Positions 30,005 to 39,933 of a stretch of DNA of 64,000 bases are shown piece by piece; the first letter of the stretch is position 1; the number at the start of each line of letters is the position of its first letter. The notes beneath the pieces are model-generated. The model worked only from the letters and a program-made list of their open reading frames with translations, ran no database searches and was not told the DNA's origin. The stretch lies in NCBI GenBank assembly GCA_029882395.1, contig JAOUKT010000001.1, positions 159 to 64,158 of the forward strand. Reading direction: 5' to 3'. A program made the translations under genes and the position numbers. The stretch comes from Gammaproteobacteria bacterium. Lineage in GTDB: Bacteria; Pseudomonadota; Gammaproteobacteria; SZUA-229.

Positions 30005-31603
30005 ATGCTGATAAGCACGATTAACTTACTCATTTTTAAAGTCGGCCCGGTGCCCTGTTGTGTCGACTCTAATGCTGTTCAGGTTGTTATTGAGCCACCG
30101 CAGCATATCACTGCGATTCCGGGCAGTAATGCACTTCGTCCCGGGCTCTTTAGTTACATGAAAAAAACCGTTGCTGTGTATGACGTTAGAACTAAATTCA
30201 GCTTAGCCACAGAGCAACGCGGCAAAATACTGATTGTCGATATCAATCACTGCTTGTTCGGCTTTTGGGTAGACACTATCGAGGAAATTATTTCATCCGC
30301 AAGTGGCAAATGGCAGCCTATGCCGGCAGAATGCCCAAAAGATATTTTTGACGGTATTTTATTACACAAGAAACAGCTTATCTTCAAAACTGATTTTGAT
30401 AAGCTGGTTAAAGTCGAGGTCACCACACAAACGCAAGTATTTATTCATCAGTTACTGCAAGCTGGAAAAGATAATATTACTGACGATAATGACAAACCAC
30501 ACCGCCAGAGCGAGATGCCAGCCAAAACAGCAGATGCAAACATCACGGATAACAAAACGGCACAAGCAAACAAAACAAAGCGCATTAGCGATAAAACAAC
30601 TAAACACAAAATCACTGATGCACTGCCTGCGAAAGCAGAAAAAAAAATACCCGCCGCACATACCAACAATGCTGTCAGCGCGGCAAGCGCTGATCTTAAA
30701 ACTCACTCTTCTGTGAGCCAAAATACAGACAGAGCAGCTTTAAAGCCAGCACTATCCAGTACATCAAGCATCAAGGCTGCTGCCATGCCAGCTCCTTTTA
30801 GCACGCCGGCAACCAGACAACAGGCTGCAGGTACTGAGACCACAACAGGCCGCAGCCTGCCGTCACAGTCACACACGAGCCCTGCTAAAAAACAAGAGCC
30901 GATCAAACCGGCAAGCCGTTTAAGCCCGTCCGGAATAGCGGTTTCAAAACCGCTAGAAAAAGCAAAGCCGTCACAGTCTTATTCAGAAGATGATGAAAAC
31001 AATATAAGCCCCGCTAAAAACATCAGCCTGATTATACTGTTATTGCTCAGCAGTTCCGGTGCCAGCCTGTATTTTTTCAATCTCAGTACACGCATTACTC
31101 CTGAAAATGCGACGCTGCCTGCCCTCATAGGGAAAAATACAAACGCCATTAGCTCGCCGGCAGAAATTTTAGTACACGAATCCCCCGGCAACACACAGCC
31201 AGAATCCGCTATCGCTGATAACAACAGCTTAGCGACAAGCATCACTGAAGATAAAACCACAATCACCATTACGATAGATGATAGCGAGGCGCGCTTTAAC
31301 TCGACAAGCACTACAGAAAAGCCAGAAGTCGTATTAGCTACATCTAAGACTGAAGGACACAATAGCGAAAGGCATCAGGCTATTGCGAGGAAAAACTCCG
31401 ACAATACAAAAAACAATAAATCGTCAAAAATAAAATCAAACAAAATAATCCACATCGTGGTGGAGGGAGACACTCTGTGGCATATTGCCAAACATTATAT
31501 TAGCGACCCGTTCAAATACAAACAGATTGCAAAATTAAGCCAAATAAAAAACCCGGACCGAATCTATCCCGGCAACCGAATTATCATCATCATAAAAAAA
31601 TAA
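30005..31603 (+). CDS. CheW-like domain / disordered linker / single TM helix / C-terminal LysM domain protein
   Basis: Residues 5-150 have a CheW-like fold signature (LLIFKVGPVPCCVDSNAVQVVIEPPQHITAIPG…VAVYDVRTKF). Residues ~155-330 are a low-complexity T/S/A/K/P-rich linker. ISLIILLLLSSSGASLYFF is a TM helix. The C-terminal IIHIVVEGDTLWHIAKHYISDPFKYKQIAKLSQIKNPDRIYPGNRII is a LysM peptidoglycan-binding motif. An in-frame TAG at 29987 fixes the ATG at 30005 as the start. Confidence 0.7.
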   Translation: MLISTINLLIFKVGPVPCCVDSNAVQVVIEPPQHITAIPGSNALRPGLFSYMKKTVAVYDVRTKFSLATEQRGKILIVDINHCLFGFWVDTIEEIISSASGKWQPMPAECPKDIFDGILLHKKQLIFKTDFDKLVKVEVTTQTQVFIHQLLQAGKDNITDDNDKPHRQSEMPAKTADANITDNKTAQANKTKRISDKTTKHKITDALPAKAEKKIPAAHTNNAVSAASADLKTHSSVSQNTDRAALKPALSSTSSIKAAAMPAPFSTPATRQQAAGTETTTGRSLPSQSHTSPAKKQEPIKPASRLSPSGIAVSKPLEKAKPSQSYSEDDENNISPAKNISLIILLLLSSSGASLYFFNLSTRITPENATLPALIGKNTNAISSPAEILVHESPGNTQPESAIADNNSLATSITEDKTTITITIDDSEARFNSTSTTEKPEVVLATSKTEGHNSERHQAIARKNSDNTKNNKSSKIKSNKIIHIVVEGDTLWHIAKHYISDPFKYKQIAKLSQIKNPDRIYPGNRIIIIIKK

Positions 31604-31684
31604 AATCATTGCGCCGGCAATAAATATGATTACCGCATTGTGATTTGAGAAGATTCATATACGCCGATCATTATCTATTGTAGC

Positions 31685-33235
31685 TCAGAGTTGTTTCATG
31701 ACCAGCAAGGTCAGATCATCGAATATTTTTTGCTCTCCGATATGCAGCTTAACATCACTGATAACCAGCTCTTTTATCTCTTCGGGAGTTAGAAGGTGGT
31801 TTGCCTGAACGAGAGCGCATAATCGTTGAGTCCCATATAACTCATGAGCCATATTCGCGGCTTCGGTAATGCCATCGGTATATAAAACGAGCAGATCACC
31901 TTTATACACAGATGCTTTTTGCGTATTGAAAAAATCATCAGCATCACTAACAAGACCGATAGGAAAGCCCAGCTCATCGGTATCTATTTCTTCAATTTCG
32001 CCATTATTTCTTATTATGATTAATGATTCATGCTGTCCCGCCACCGTGATTTCGGCAACAGCTTGATCAGTCTTGGATGAAGCATATTCATCGAGCGTGT
32101 TATAGTCCATCAACATTAAGGTCAGGTTTTTTTCAGAATTCATCCTTGAGACATTATCATGTATTGTAATATTTGCGATCTTAAGCATGGCGATCAAATC
32201 ACGATGCGACAAATTCGACTGAGACCTGATAATGCTTTGAATCATCAGCATAACCATACCGCTCTCAAGACCGTGCCCTGTAACATCACCAATACCTATC
32301 AGTGCGCCATCCTCATGCTTAAGCACTTCATAATAATCGCCACCAATTTCATCAGCAGGCTGCATAAATGCGGAAATATCAAGACCTTCTATTTCTAGTA
32401 TTTCTTCTGGAGTAGGCAAGATAACTCTTTGCAGCTGTTTGCTAATATCTAGCTCTGCCCCCATGCGCATATTTTCATCACGAGTATGCAGCAACTGTTG
32501 TGTTCTTTTTTCCACACGCTCTTCAAGAGTCTGGTTTGATTCTTCAAGCTGCTGCATTAAGGCGGTAAGTTTTTTTCCCTGGTTTCGAATCTGTCGAATC
32601 ACGAAATAGACAATGAAAAAACTGAACGCGAAGCCAAACATGCCCAACACCACCATCTGGCTTCTTGTATCTTCGTAGGCAGTACGGGCCTCCGACAGTT
32701 CATCCATGGAGAGTTTAGCCTGCATCTCCCTCATCTTGTTTAAACGCTCAAGAACACCTGCATTGACATCCCTGGCTTTACTGATTAACTCAACCTGATT
32801 ATTGCCGGTCTCGTTAATCGCATTTTCAACAATTTGAGTCAGTGTGACTTGTGCCTGCTTGAGGATTTTCCTCTGATCGACAAGCTCGTTTATTTGGCTG
32901 TCCGTCAGATCAAGTGACATTAAATGGTTACGGGCTTTGATAAAATCTGTCGCTTTTGAAGAAAACAACATGTTCATTTCATCAATTTCAAAAGCATCAT
33001 CTGAAATCAATATATCATAGACAATCAACATGCGGTCTCTAATTGAGTCGCTCAGTTGTGTCATTTTTTCTGACTTTGCATTGCTTTGATTGACCAGGTA
33101 GTCAAGTTTTATATAATTATCTTCCTGGTTTTTTAACACTACTTTTACCGCCACACCCAGAATTGAAAATGTCAGCAAAAAACCAACAACTACAAGTGTT
33201 ATCTGGCGCGCAACGATATGATCTTTTTTATCCAA
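31685..33235 (-). CDS. Membrane-anchored PP2C-type (SpoIIE/RsbU-like) serine/threonine phosphatase, SiaA-like
   Basis: 516 aa. N-terminal TM, periplasmic region, second TM, HAMP-like/coiled coil, then a PP2C domain with metal-binding DVTGHG and …LYTDGITEA…. Confidence 0.75.
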   Translation of the reverse strand: MDKKDHIVARQITLVVVGFLLTFSILGVAVKVVLKNQEDNYIKLDYLVNQSNAKSEKMTQLSDSIRDRMLIVYDILISDDAFEIDEMNMLFSSKATDFIKARNHLMSLDLTDSQINELVDQRKILKQAQVTLTQIVENAINETGNNQVELISKARDVNAGVLERLNKMREMQAKLSMDELSEARTAYEDTRSQMVVLGMFGFAFSFFIVYFVIRQIRNQGKKLTALMQQLEESNQTLEERVEKRTQQLLHTRDENMRMGAELDISKQLQRVILPTPEEILEIEGLDISAFMQPADEIGGDYYEVLKHEDGALIGIGDVTGHGLESGMVMLMIQSIIRSQSNLSHRDLIAMLKIANITIHDNVSRMNSEKNLTLMLMDYNTLDEYASSKTDQAVAEITVAGQHESLIIIRNNGEIEEIDTDELGFPIGLVSDADDFFNTQKASVYKGDLLVLYTDGITEAANMAHELYGTQRLCALVQANHLLTPEEIKELVISDVKLHIGEQKIFDDLTLLVMKQL

Positions 33236-33242
33236 ACTTATT

Positions 33243-33587
33243 CTACTCTAGAATCAAATTCATGGCTGGCATTAATCTTTTTAGGTTATTTAATGACTTT
33301 GACTGCCATGGAATATCCTGAGAACCAATAACAATCAGCTCAAAATCGGGTTTGTTACGTGCGTTAATAACAAACTTTGAGAACATGGCAATGCCCGAAC
33401 TGTTTAAAAACTCCAGCGACTTAAGAGACAGCGTCAAAGTATTCGATTCGTTAACTGCACGGCCCAGGCAATCGACTATTGGCGCATATTCTGACAAGCC
33501 ACCCAGCCTAAGCGTACCTGTAAATGTAATCTGGCCGTTAACAGGCTTATATTCCACATGATAATTTTCATCTTCAATTATATTCAT
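33243..33587 (-). CDS. STAS-like / DUF1987 (SiaC-like) partner-switch phosphoprotein
   Basis: 114 aa; …TLSLKSLEFLNSSGIAMFSKFV… resembles the SiaC/DUF1987 LNTSS-type region. Sits between the phosphatase and the HATPase-like protein. Confidence 0.55.
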   Translation of the reverse strand: MNIIEDENYHVEYKPVNGQITFTGTLRLGGLSEYAPIVDCLGRAVNESNTLTLSLKSLEFLNSSGIAMFSKFVINARNKPDFELIVIGSQDIPWQSKSLNNLKRLMPAMNLILE

Positions 33588-33602
33588 TTTTTATCTCTAT
33601 CA

Positions 33603-34172
33603 TTAAATCTTAATCATAACCTGAGTGGTTACCTTATGAGCATTATTTACAATATCAAACTGCCAGCCAAGTTTTGCATGATAATCATTGATCATTGTTA
33701 AATATCCCAGGCCGGAAGCACTTTCTGATACGGCACTGGCTTCAAGCCTTTTCATAAAGAGTTCATCCGGGTCACTGTTTTGCAGTTCCTCAATAAATAT
33801 TTGAAATTTTACTTTTTGAGCTTCACTAATACCGTTAATTTCCGTAAAGATCAGCTGATCTGGCAACAGCGTAAGATCAATACTATTTGGTACGTTGCCG
33901 CTATCATCACAATATTTCATAGCATTTTCGAGTAATTCGTTGGCAATATAAGTGGCTGCATCACGTATCAAGGCCTGTTTTTTATCCGCATCGGCCTGAT
34001 CATTACCTTTTGGAAAAAATGTCGTCAGATAATCACCCAGGAAATCCGCTGATAACCCATTGTTTCTCCACCTCTGCTTAATCGGCACTGAGCTTGGCTT
34101 AAAGCTCAGACACATATGTTCGCAGCAGCTTTCGGCGTCTATCTCATTAAAATATCCGTACTGTTCACTCAT
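33603..34172 (-). CDS. HATPase-like anti-sigma-type serine kinase (SiaB/RsbW-like)
   Basis: 189 aa; N-box-like ANELLENAMKY and G-box-like ASGLGYLTM, the minimal GHKL kinase fold of partner-switch kinases. Confidence 0.55.
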   Translation of the reverse strand: MSEQYGYFNEIDAESCCEHMCLSFKPSSVPIKQRWRNNGLSADFLGDYLTTFFPKGNDQADADKKQALIRDAATYIANELLENAMKYCDDSGNVPNSIDLTLLPDQLIFTEINGISEAQKVKFQIFIEELQNSDPDELFMKRLEASAVSESASGLGYLTMINDYHAKLGWQFDIVNNAHKVTTQVMIKI

Positions 34173-35044
34173 TCATCAATACCCCTACAATTACTTTTGC
34201 ATTCGGTTTTATTTCTAAAACCGACAACCTGATTTCTGCCTTTTTCTTTAGCCTTGTAAAGCATGTTGTCGGCCAGCTGCAACAGGCAAGATTCATCGGC
34301 ACCCTTGATCACTGTGCAACTAGCAACACCGATACTGATGGTGACCCTTTTGCTAACTTTTGATGCACTATGCGGTATATTTAAATCCTCCACATTTTGC
34401 CGCAAATGAGCAGCAACGGTCATCGCACCGTCATAATCTGTATCCGGTAAAACAATGGCAAACTCCTCCCCACCATAGCGCGCAAATAAGTCACTGCTTC
34501 TTACCGACACTTTTTTACCCTGCTCTGCAATTTGTTTAATACAGTCGTCGCCTAGCTGATGGCCATACTCATCATTAAAAAGTTTAAAATAATCAATATC
34601 GATCATGATGACAGAGAAGTTTGAATTGTGGCGTACCGCCCTGCCCCATTCACTGGCCAGATACTGATCGAAATGCCTGCGGTTAGAAACCTGTGTTAAG
34701 CCGTCAGTTAAGGCTTCTTCTTCTGCCACGCCAAGACGCTCAAGCCACTCATACTGCAGGTCATCGCCATGACTGGTTATGGTTTCAACGAGCAATTCAA
34801 GATCATCTTTTTGTTGTGTTAAAGCAGTGATTAGTTTTTTAAGGCGGGCTTCAGCTTTTTTGCGTTCATTGGCTTCACGCTCCAAAGACTCATTAACTGC
34901 TAATAACTGTTCTTCAATTGAGTCCCCATGTTCAATTGCAGTCATAAGCGCTATTTCAAGATCTGAAGCATCCTGACTTAGACGTTTCATTTCTCTTTTC
35001 TGATCTTCTATTACTTGCAGTAAATCGGATTTTTCTTTTATCAT
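34169..35044 (-). CDS. Diguanylate cyclase (coiled-coil plus GGDEF), SiaD-like
   Basis: 291 aa. N-terminal coiled coil; GGDEF domain with active-site GGEEF (RYGGEEFAIVL) and an RxxD-like I-site region (…VSNRRHFD…). Confidence 0.8.
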   Translation of the reverse strand: MIKEKSDLLQVIEDQKREMKRLSQDASDLEIALMTAIEHGDSIEEQLLAVNESLEREANERKKAEARLKKLITALTQQKDDLELLVETITSHGDDLQYEWLERLGVAEEEALTDGLTQVSNRRHFDQYLASEWGRAVRHNSNFSVIMIDIDYFKLFNDEYGHQLGDDCIKQIAEQGKKVSVRSSDLFARYGGEEFAIVLPDTDYDGAMTVAAHLRQNVEDLNIPHSASKVSKRVTISIGVASCTVIKGADESCLLQLADNMLYKAKEKGRNQVVGFRNKTECKSNCRGIDE

Positions 35045-35317
35045 TTGTTATTTCTGCATCAATAAGACCTTACAGGCTTATTCCATCAAACCTTTAACTC
35101 TGGAATGCCAGCCAATAAGAGACTGTCTTTATTTACTTATTTAACAGCCGACTGACAGTCGCTGTTTATAAGCTTATTATTTTATATTTACGTACTTTTA
35201 TATTCTAAAATGCAATCTGCTATTTCATCTATAGCCGAAAGGGACACTAATAACAAGTTTTTTATAAAAAACGATTGCTTTTATCGCAAAAGAAAATCAT
35301 TTGATACAAAAAGTTAT

Positions 35318-35866
35318 TTAATGTTTGACAGGTTTTTTCTGGAGCTTTCTTTGAAGTGTGCGCCGGTGCATGTCCATCGCTCTTGCAGCGGCGGATATAT
35401 TACCATTATGCTCGTGTAAAACTTTTTGCAGGTGCTCCCATTCAAGCCGTTTTACCGACATTGGGTTTGAAGATGCTTCAACACTGTCATCGCCATTTTT
35501 TTTGCCAAACCCCTCAATAATGTCATCAACATCGGCGGGTTTCGTTAAATACTGAGATGCGCCTAACTTTATTGCCTCGACAGCTGTTGCAATACTTGCA
35601 TAGCCTGTTAAAACAACAATGCTAATCCGCGGTCTTAAATCAATAAGTTGTTTCACCATTGTCAGACCCGAATCCTGGCCAATTCGAAGGTCTACCACTG
35701 CGTAGTCAAAATCTATTTTTTGAGCCGCGTCACTGGCCGCTGCAACAGTCTGAACAGCACAAACCTTAAAATCATGCCTTTGTAAGGCTCTGCAAAGCAC
35801 TTCACAAAATGCAATATCATCATCAACCAATAATAACTCTTTATTATATTTAGCTGTTGTCATCAA
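35318..35866 (-). CDS. RegA/PrrA/ActR (RoxR)-type response regulator with Fis-type HTH
   Basis: 182 aa; receiver domain (LLLVDDD…VVDLRIGQDSG) plus C-terminal Fis-like HTH (…ISAAARAMDMHRRTLQRKLQK). Confidence 0.8.
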   Translation of the reverse strand: MMTTAKYNKELLLVDDDIAFCEVLCRALQRHDFKVCAVQTVAAASDAAQKIDFDYAVVDLRIGQDSGLTMVKQLIDLRPRISIVVLTGYASIATAVEAIKLGASQYLTKPADVDDIIEGFGKKNGDDSVEASSNPMSVKRLEWEHLQKVLHEHNGNISAAARAMDMHRRTLQRKLQKKPVKH

Positions 35867-37156
35867 TCATTCCGCCGTCTCCAGTGGCAGCCTAATCAGT
35901 GTGCGGCTGCCTTTTATACGCCTGTTAGTTTGTTTAATCTGGCCTGCTTTCCTCCTGATGGCCGCATAAGCCAGATATAAGCCCAGCCCCAGACCTAATT
36001 CTTTTTCGCTATAAGGCTGCTTGCCAATGGTCTCAAGTGCTTTATTTGACAACCCGGGACCGTGGTCGAGTATTTCAATAACAAGCTTATCCTGATCGGA
36101 ATACATAATCCATTTAACAAAATCGGGCGAAACATCAATCGCATTTTCAATAATATTTATTAAGGCAAGACTCATTGTCCGGTCTGTGCGCAACTGACTA
36201 ACAGGGTTTAAATCATCCCAGCCATACTGAATATTTGATTCGGGCCTGATTAAAACTATTTCATCTTTCAAGCGGTCAAAATATTCAACAGCATTTTCAA
36301 GGCGGCCACCGTATAAGTCGGATGACATACCAACAGAAGCTGATAAATCGGATAACGATGACTTGCATCGGACAATCTGGTTTTTTAAATTATCGAGGTC
36401 TTTATGCACCTGCTCATTATCATCCGATATTTCTGCCTCAAGCTCACTCACCAATAATGACATGGTGCCTAGCGGTGTGCCTAATTCATGCGCCGTACTC
36501 GCCGCCAAGGTACCGAGTATCACCATCTGTTCATCTCGTATCGATTGTTCACGCGCCTGCGCTAACTGTTTATTTTGTATACGCAAGGTATGACTCATGC
36601 CATAGACATAATACGTGATCAGACAGGCATTTAGTATAAAGGCCAGCCACATGCCCATCAGGTGCAAGTCATATTCAGAACTGACTGCCTGGCCATGCAT
36701 GCTATGGTCCATGCCCTGAGCCATGTCATGTCCGTTAGGCAGTGCCTGATAATTAAACATCAATAGGCTGTAACAGATTACTGCCAGGGCAGCTAACCAC
36801 CAGGCATAGCGAATCGGCAATATGGTCACTGTTATCGTTAATGGAAAAAGAAACAACATGACAAACGGGTTAGTCGCGCCACCGGTAAAATACAGCAACA
36901 AGGCTAAGGCCAGTACATCAAAAGCCAGATGGATAAAAATTTCGTTTTCACTAACGGCTTTTGGCTGCCGCAGACGTATCCAGACAAAAACATTAAATAA
37001 GGTAATTTGAAGAATAATTAGACTGATGGCCAATACTGGTAAGTCTATTTTCAGCCACAACTGTGTGATCAATACCGCAAAAAGCTGCCCAGCAATGGCA
37101 ATATTTCTCAATACAAACAAGCGATTTAAGTGAAAATAATTGGCAGACTCGGGCAT
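35867..37156 (-). CDS. RegB/PrrB (RoxS)-type membrane sensor histidine kinase
   Basis: 429 aa. Six N-terminal TM helices, H-box STAHELGTPLGT, HATPase (…DHGPGL…GLGLGLYLA). Its stop abuts the regulator start. Confidence 0.75.
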   Translation of the reverse strand: MPESANYFHLNRLFVLRNIAIAGQLFAVLITQLWLKIDLPVLAISLIILQITLFNVFVWIRLRQPKAVSENEIFIHLAFDVLALALLLYFTGGATNPFVMLFLFPLTITVTILPIRYAWWLAALAVICYSLLMFNYQALPNGHDMAQGMDHSMHGQAVSSEYDLHLMGMWLAFILNACLITYYVYGMSHTLRIQNKQLAQAREQSIRDEQMVILGTLAASTAHELGTPLGTMSLLVSELEAEISDDNEQVHKDLDNLKNQIVRCKSSLSDLSASVGMSSDLYGGRLENAVEYFDRLKDEIVLIRPESNIQYGWDDLNPVSQLRTDRTMSLALINIIENAIDVSPDFVKWIMYSDQDKLVIEILDHGPGLSNKALETIGKQPYSEKELGLGLGLYLAYAAIRRKAGQIKQTNRRIKGSRTLIRLPLETAE

Positions 37157-37277
37157 TTGTCAAGTTTAACACATGCGGCCGTATTCAGACTGCGACAATT
37201 TGTCACGCGACACTGTGTCACATTCCACAGAATGAATTTACAGATTATGCTTGTTTTTCGTACTGACATACGTTCTT

Positions 37278-37316
37278 AGGTGCAGCAGATAGCTGCAGAG
37301 TAGTTCTGCTGCACCT
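37278..37316 (+). other. Strong orphan hairpin with T tract in the regB upstream region
   Basis: Perfect 12-bp inverted repeat AGGTGCAGCAGA-(15 nt)-TCTGCTGCACCT followed by ATTTCTTT. No annotated plus-strand gene ends here. Confidence 0.4.
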
Positions 37317-37617
37317 ATTTCTTTAACATGATCACTCGCTACTCCTACTCCACGACATCAGGCAGTTATGTTTGCTATATCGTGAGACAAACTCATCTGA
37401 AAAACACCTTAAGAGACAAGCTCAGAACTAAAAAGCAAGTATTAGATCAGCCGCTAAACAGCGCAAAAGACAGTTTATTTTTTCTGCTACAACAGGACAA
37501 TGATTTTAATTATCACATGAACACTCTGGTCTGGCTCGCAGACATGTTTCGATTCGAACATAGCATTTAGCCCTTATGTATTCAGGCAGGCAGGCAGGCA
37601 AAGCATGAGAACAACAC

Positions 37618-39933
37618 TTATTCCGTCTGCAATATCTTATTAATGACACCGAGTAATTCTTTTATATTAAATGGTTTGGTGACGTAGGCTTTAAAGCCTG
37701 CCGCCATACCCCGTTCAATATCTCTTTTCATCGCATTTGCACTGACGGCGATCACTGCAATATCTTCTGTGTCGGCATTTTTTTGCAGTTTTTCCAACGC
37801 TTCATAGCCACTCATACCGGGTAAGTTTATATCCATTAATATAAGATCAGGATGCTCCGTTTCAGCCAGATCCAGGCCTAAAGAGGCATTGGGAGCCGAA
37901 ATAATCACATAGGGTGTTTGTCTATCTATTACCTGTGTAACAACTTTTAAGTTTGCTGGATTATCTTCGATATAAAGAATCGTCTTCGAGATTAAAGCTT
38001 TAGCTGCTAAATCTTCTTCATGCACTGATAAGGAACGGATCCCAACTTCATGATGCACATCTTCAGCCAGACTTATTTCCACCCAAAAAACCGTCCCTTT
38101 GCCCGGCTGACTCTCCAGACCAACTTCACCGTGCATTAACTCGATAAGCTGCTTGGTGATAACCAGACCGATACCGGTGCCTTCTATGTCTGTATTATCC
38201 GCTCCGATGCGCTCAAAAGGTTTAAATAGTTTTTCTATTTGGTTGGGTTTTATGCCAGGCCCTGTATCAGAAACCGAAACACGTAATTTTTTTTCTGAAA
38301 CTTTGCTGCAGCTCAGTACCACACTACCGCCAGCATGATTATATTTCACAGCATTGGAGATTAAGTTCAAAATCACCTGTTTAAATCTGGTGTAATCCGC
38401 TGCAATTATGCACGGCTGTTCAGTCGTGATCTGATCTGTAATTTTTATATCACGCTTTAACGCCATTGGGGCAACAAGTTTCAGGCATTCTCCAAGCAGG
38501 TGATTGAGGTTGACTTCTTCAATCGATACCTCAAGATTGCCAGATTCTATTTTTGAAAGATCAAGGATTTCATTTATCAATGTCAGCAGGTGCTGGCCTG
38601 CTTTGTATATCTCATCAATATTTTCCTTTGCCTGCTCATCTTTTGTATCCATTGCAAGCAGTTGAGAAAAACCCAGGATTGCATTCATCGGGGTGCGTAA
38701 TTCATGGCTCATCGAAGATAAAAATTCTGACTTAGCCTGGTTGGCGATTTCTGCTTCCTCTTTAGCTTGCTGATATTCTATCGTGCGCAACTCAACACGC
38801 CGCTCCAACTCATCGTTTGTTTGTTGCAGTTGTTTTTCAAACTGTTTGCGTTCAGTGATATCTTCGACACTCGACCAGATAAAGTCTTCACCGTTACGTT
38901 TTACTATTTGACCATGCAAACGTACCGGAACCCTATGACCATGAGCATGGATATATTCCTTTTCATAAGGGCCGTATCTTCCCGTCTGCTGTAGTAATTC
39001 CAGCTGTCTTTGTTCATCATCAGCGTAGCTTTCAGGCGTAAGATCCCAGTAGGTTAGCTGCTTCAGCTCATCTATAGAACGGCCCAGTATGCTGGAGTAG
39101 GCGGGATTAATATCAACCAGTGTTCCGTCCATTTTGGTCAGTGCAAGCCCTATGGGCAATGATTCAACTAACATGCGATTTAAATCTTCACTGTCATTGA
39201 GTTCAGTCTCCAGCTGGCCGCGATCCTCTATCATTGTGTTAAACGATGTAACCAGATCCGCGACTTCTGCATCAGCATTACGCAATACCAGTTTGTCCTG
39301 ATTCCCCCCCTTGCCATAACAAGCCATCCATTCTGACAACTGCGCCAGGGGTGCCGAAATGCGGCGACCTAATAAAATCGCCAGAACAGAACCAAACAAC
39401 GTTATCAAAAATGACAGCCAGGAAATATCTGCTTTTGTACGGCCTATCAGCTCTCTGATTTCGTTTTTATTGACGCCTATATGCAGCTGCGCTCGCAAGC
39501 CTTCGATAAGCGGTATTGAATTCTCATAAATCTCGCCATTTTCAGTCATAAAACTGAGATTGCTGTGGTGCATATCATGGCTTTTTGTGATGTGTTCTAA
39601 TAAAAAGCGCGGAAAGCCTTTTTCAAAAGTATGAACAAATAATTTGCCATTAAAATCTGTGATATAAGCGTATTCAAGCGCCTTATCAAGCTGAACAATG
39701 GTTTTTAACTGCTCGCGAGCATGCAAGGCATTGCCGTTGATAGTATCCAGTGAAATACCTTCGGCTATCGTATAGGTCAGTGTTTTTACCCACTCGTTTT
39801 GAGAGCCCACCAAATAACGATGAAGCAGTATCTGATTGACACCGATCGTAGTACCAGCAAATAAAATAGACAGAAGTATGACTAAAGCCGTAATTTTTAC
39901 TGATAACTTCATGAGTTTATTTCGCTTTATCAT
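37618..39933 (-). CDS. PAS-domain hybrid sensor histidine kinase / response regulator
   Basis: 771 aa. Periplasmic sensor between two TMs, PAS (…[25 protein letters not shown]…), HisKA ([14 protein letters not shown]), HATPase ([10 protein letters not shown]), and a C-terminal receiver ([11 protein letters not shown]…[12 protein letters not shown]). Confidence 0.85.
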   Translation of the reverse strand: MIKRNKLMKLSVKITALVILLSILFAGTTIGVNQILLHRYLVGSQNEWVKTLTYTIAEGISLDTINGNALHAREQLKTIVQLDKALEYAYITDFNGKLFVHTFEKGFPRFLLEHITKSHDMHHSNLSFMTENGEIYENSIPLIEGLRAQLHIGVNKNEIRELIGRTKADISWLSFLITLFGSVLAILLGRRISAPLAQLSEWMACYGKGGNQDKLVLRNADAEVADLVTSFNTMIEDRGQLETELNDSEDLNRMLVESLPIGLALTKMDGTLVDINPAYSSILGRSIDELKQLTYWDLTPESYADDEQRQLELLQQTGRYGPYEKEYIHAHGHRVPVRLHGQIVKRNGEDFIWSSVEDITERKQFEKQLQQTNDELERRVELRTIEYQQAKEEAEIANQAKSEFLSSMSHELRTPMNAILGFSQLLAMDTKDEQAKENIDEIYKAGQHLLTLINEILDLSKIESGNLEVSIEEVNLNHLLGECLKLVAPMALKRDIKITDQITTEQPCIIAADYTRFKQVILNLISNAVKYNHAGGSVVLSCSKVSEKKLRVSVSDTGPGIKPNQIEKLFKPFERIGADNTDIEGTGIGLVITKQLIELMHGEVGLESQPGKGTVFWVEISLAEDVHHEVGIRSLSVHEEDLAAKALISKTILYIEDNPANLKVVTQVIDRQTPYVIISAPNASLGLDLAETEHPDLILMDINLPGMSGYEALEKLQKNADTEDIAVIAVSANAMKRDIERGMAAGFKAYVTKPFNIKELLGVINKILQTE

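Noticed and set aside
37328-37570. 80-aa ORF in the regB upstream intergenic region.
   Set aside because: It has no RBS, odd composition and no motifs. The region is better explained as regulatory DNA with palindromes and a hairpin.
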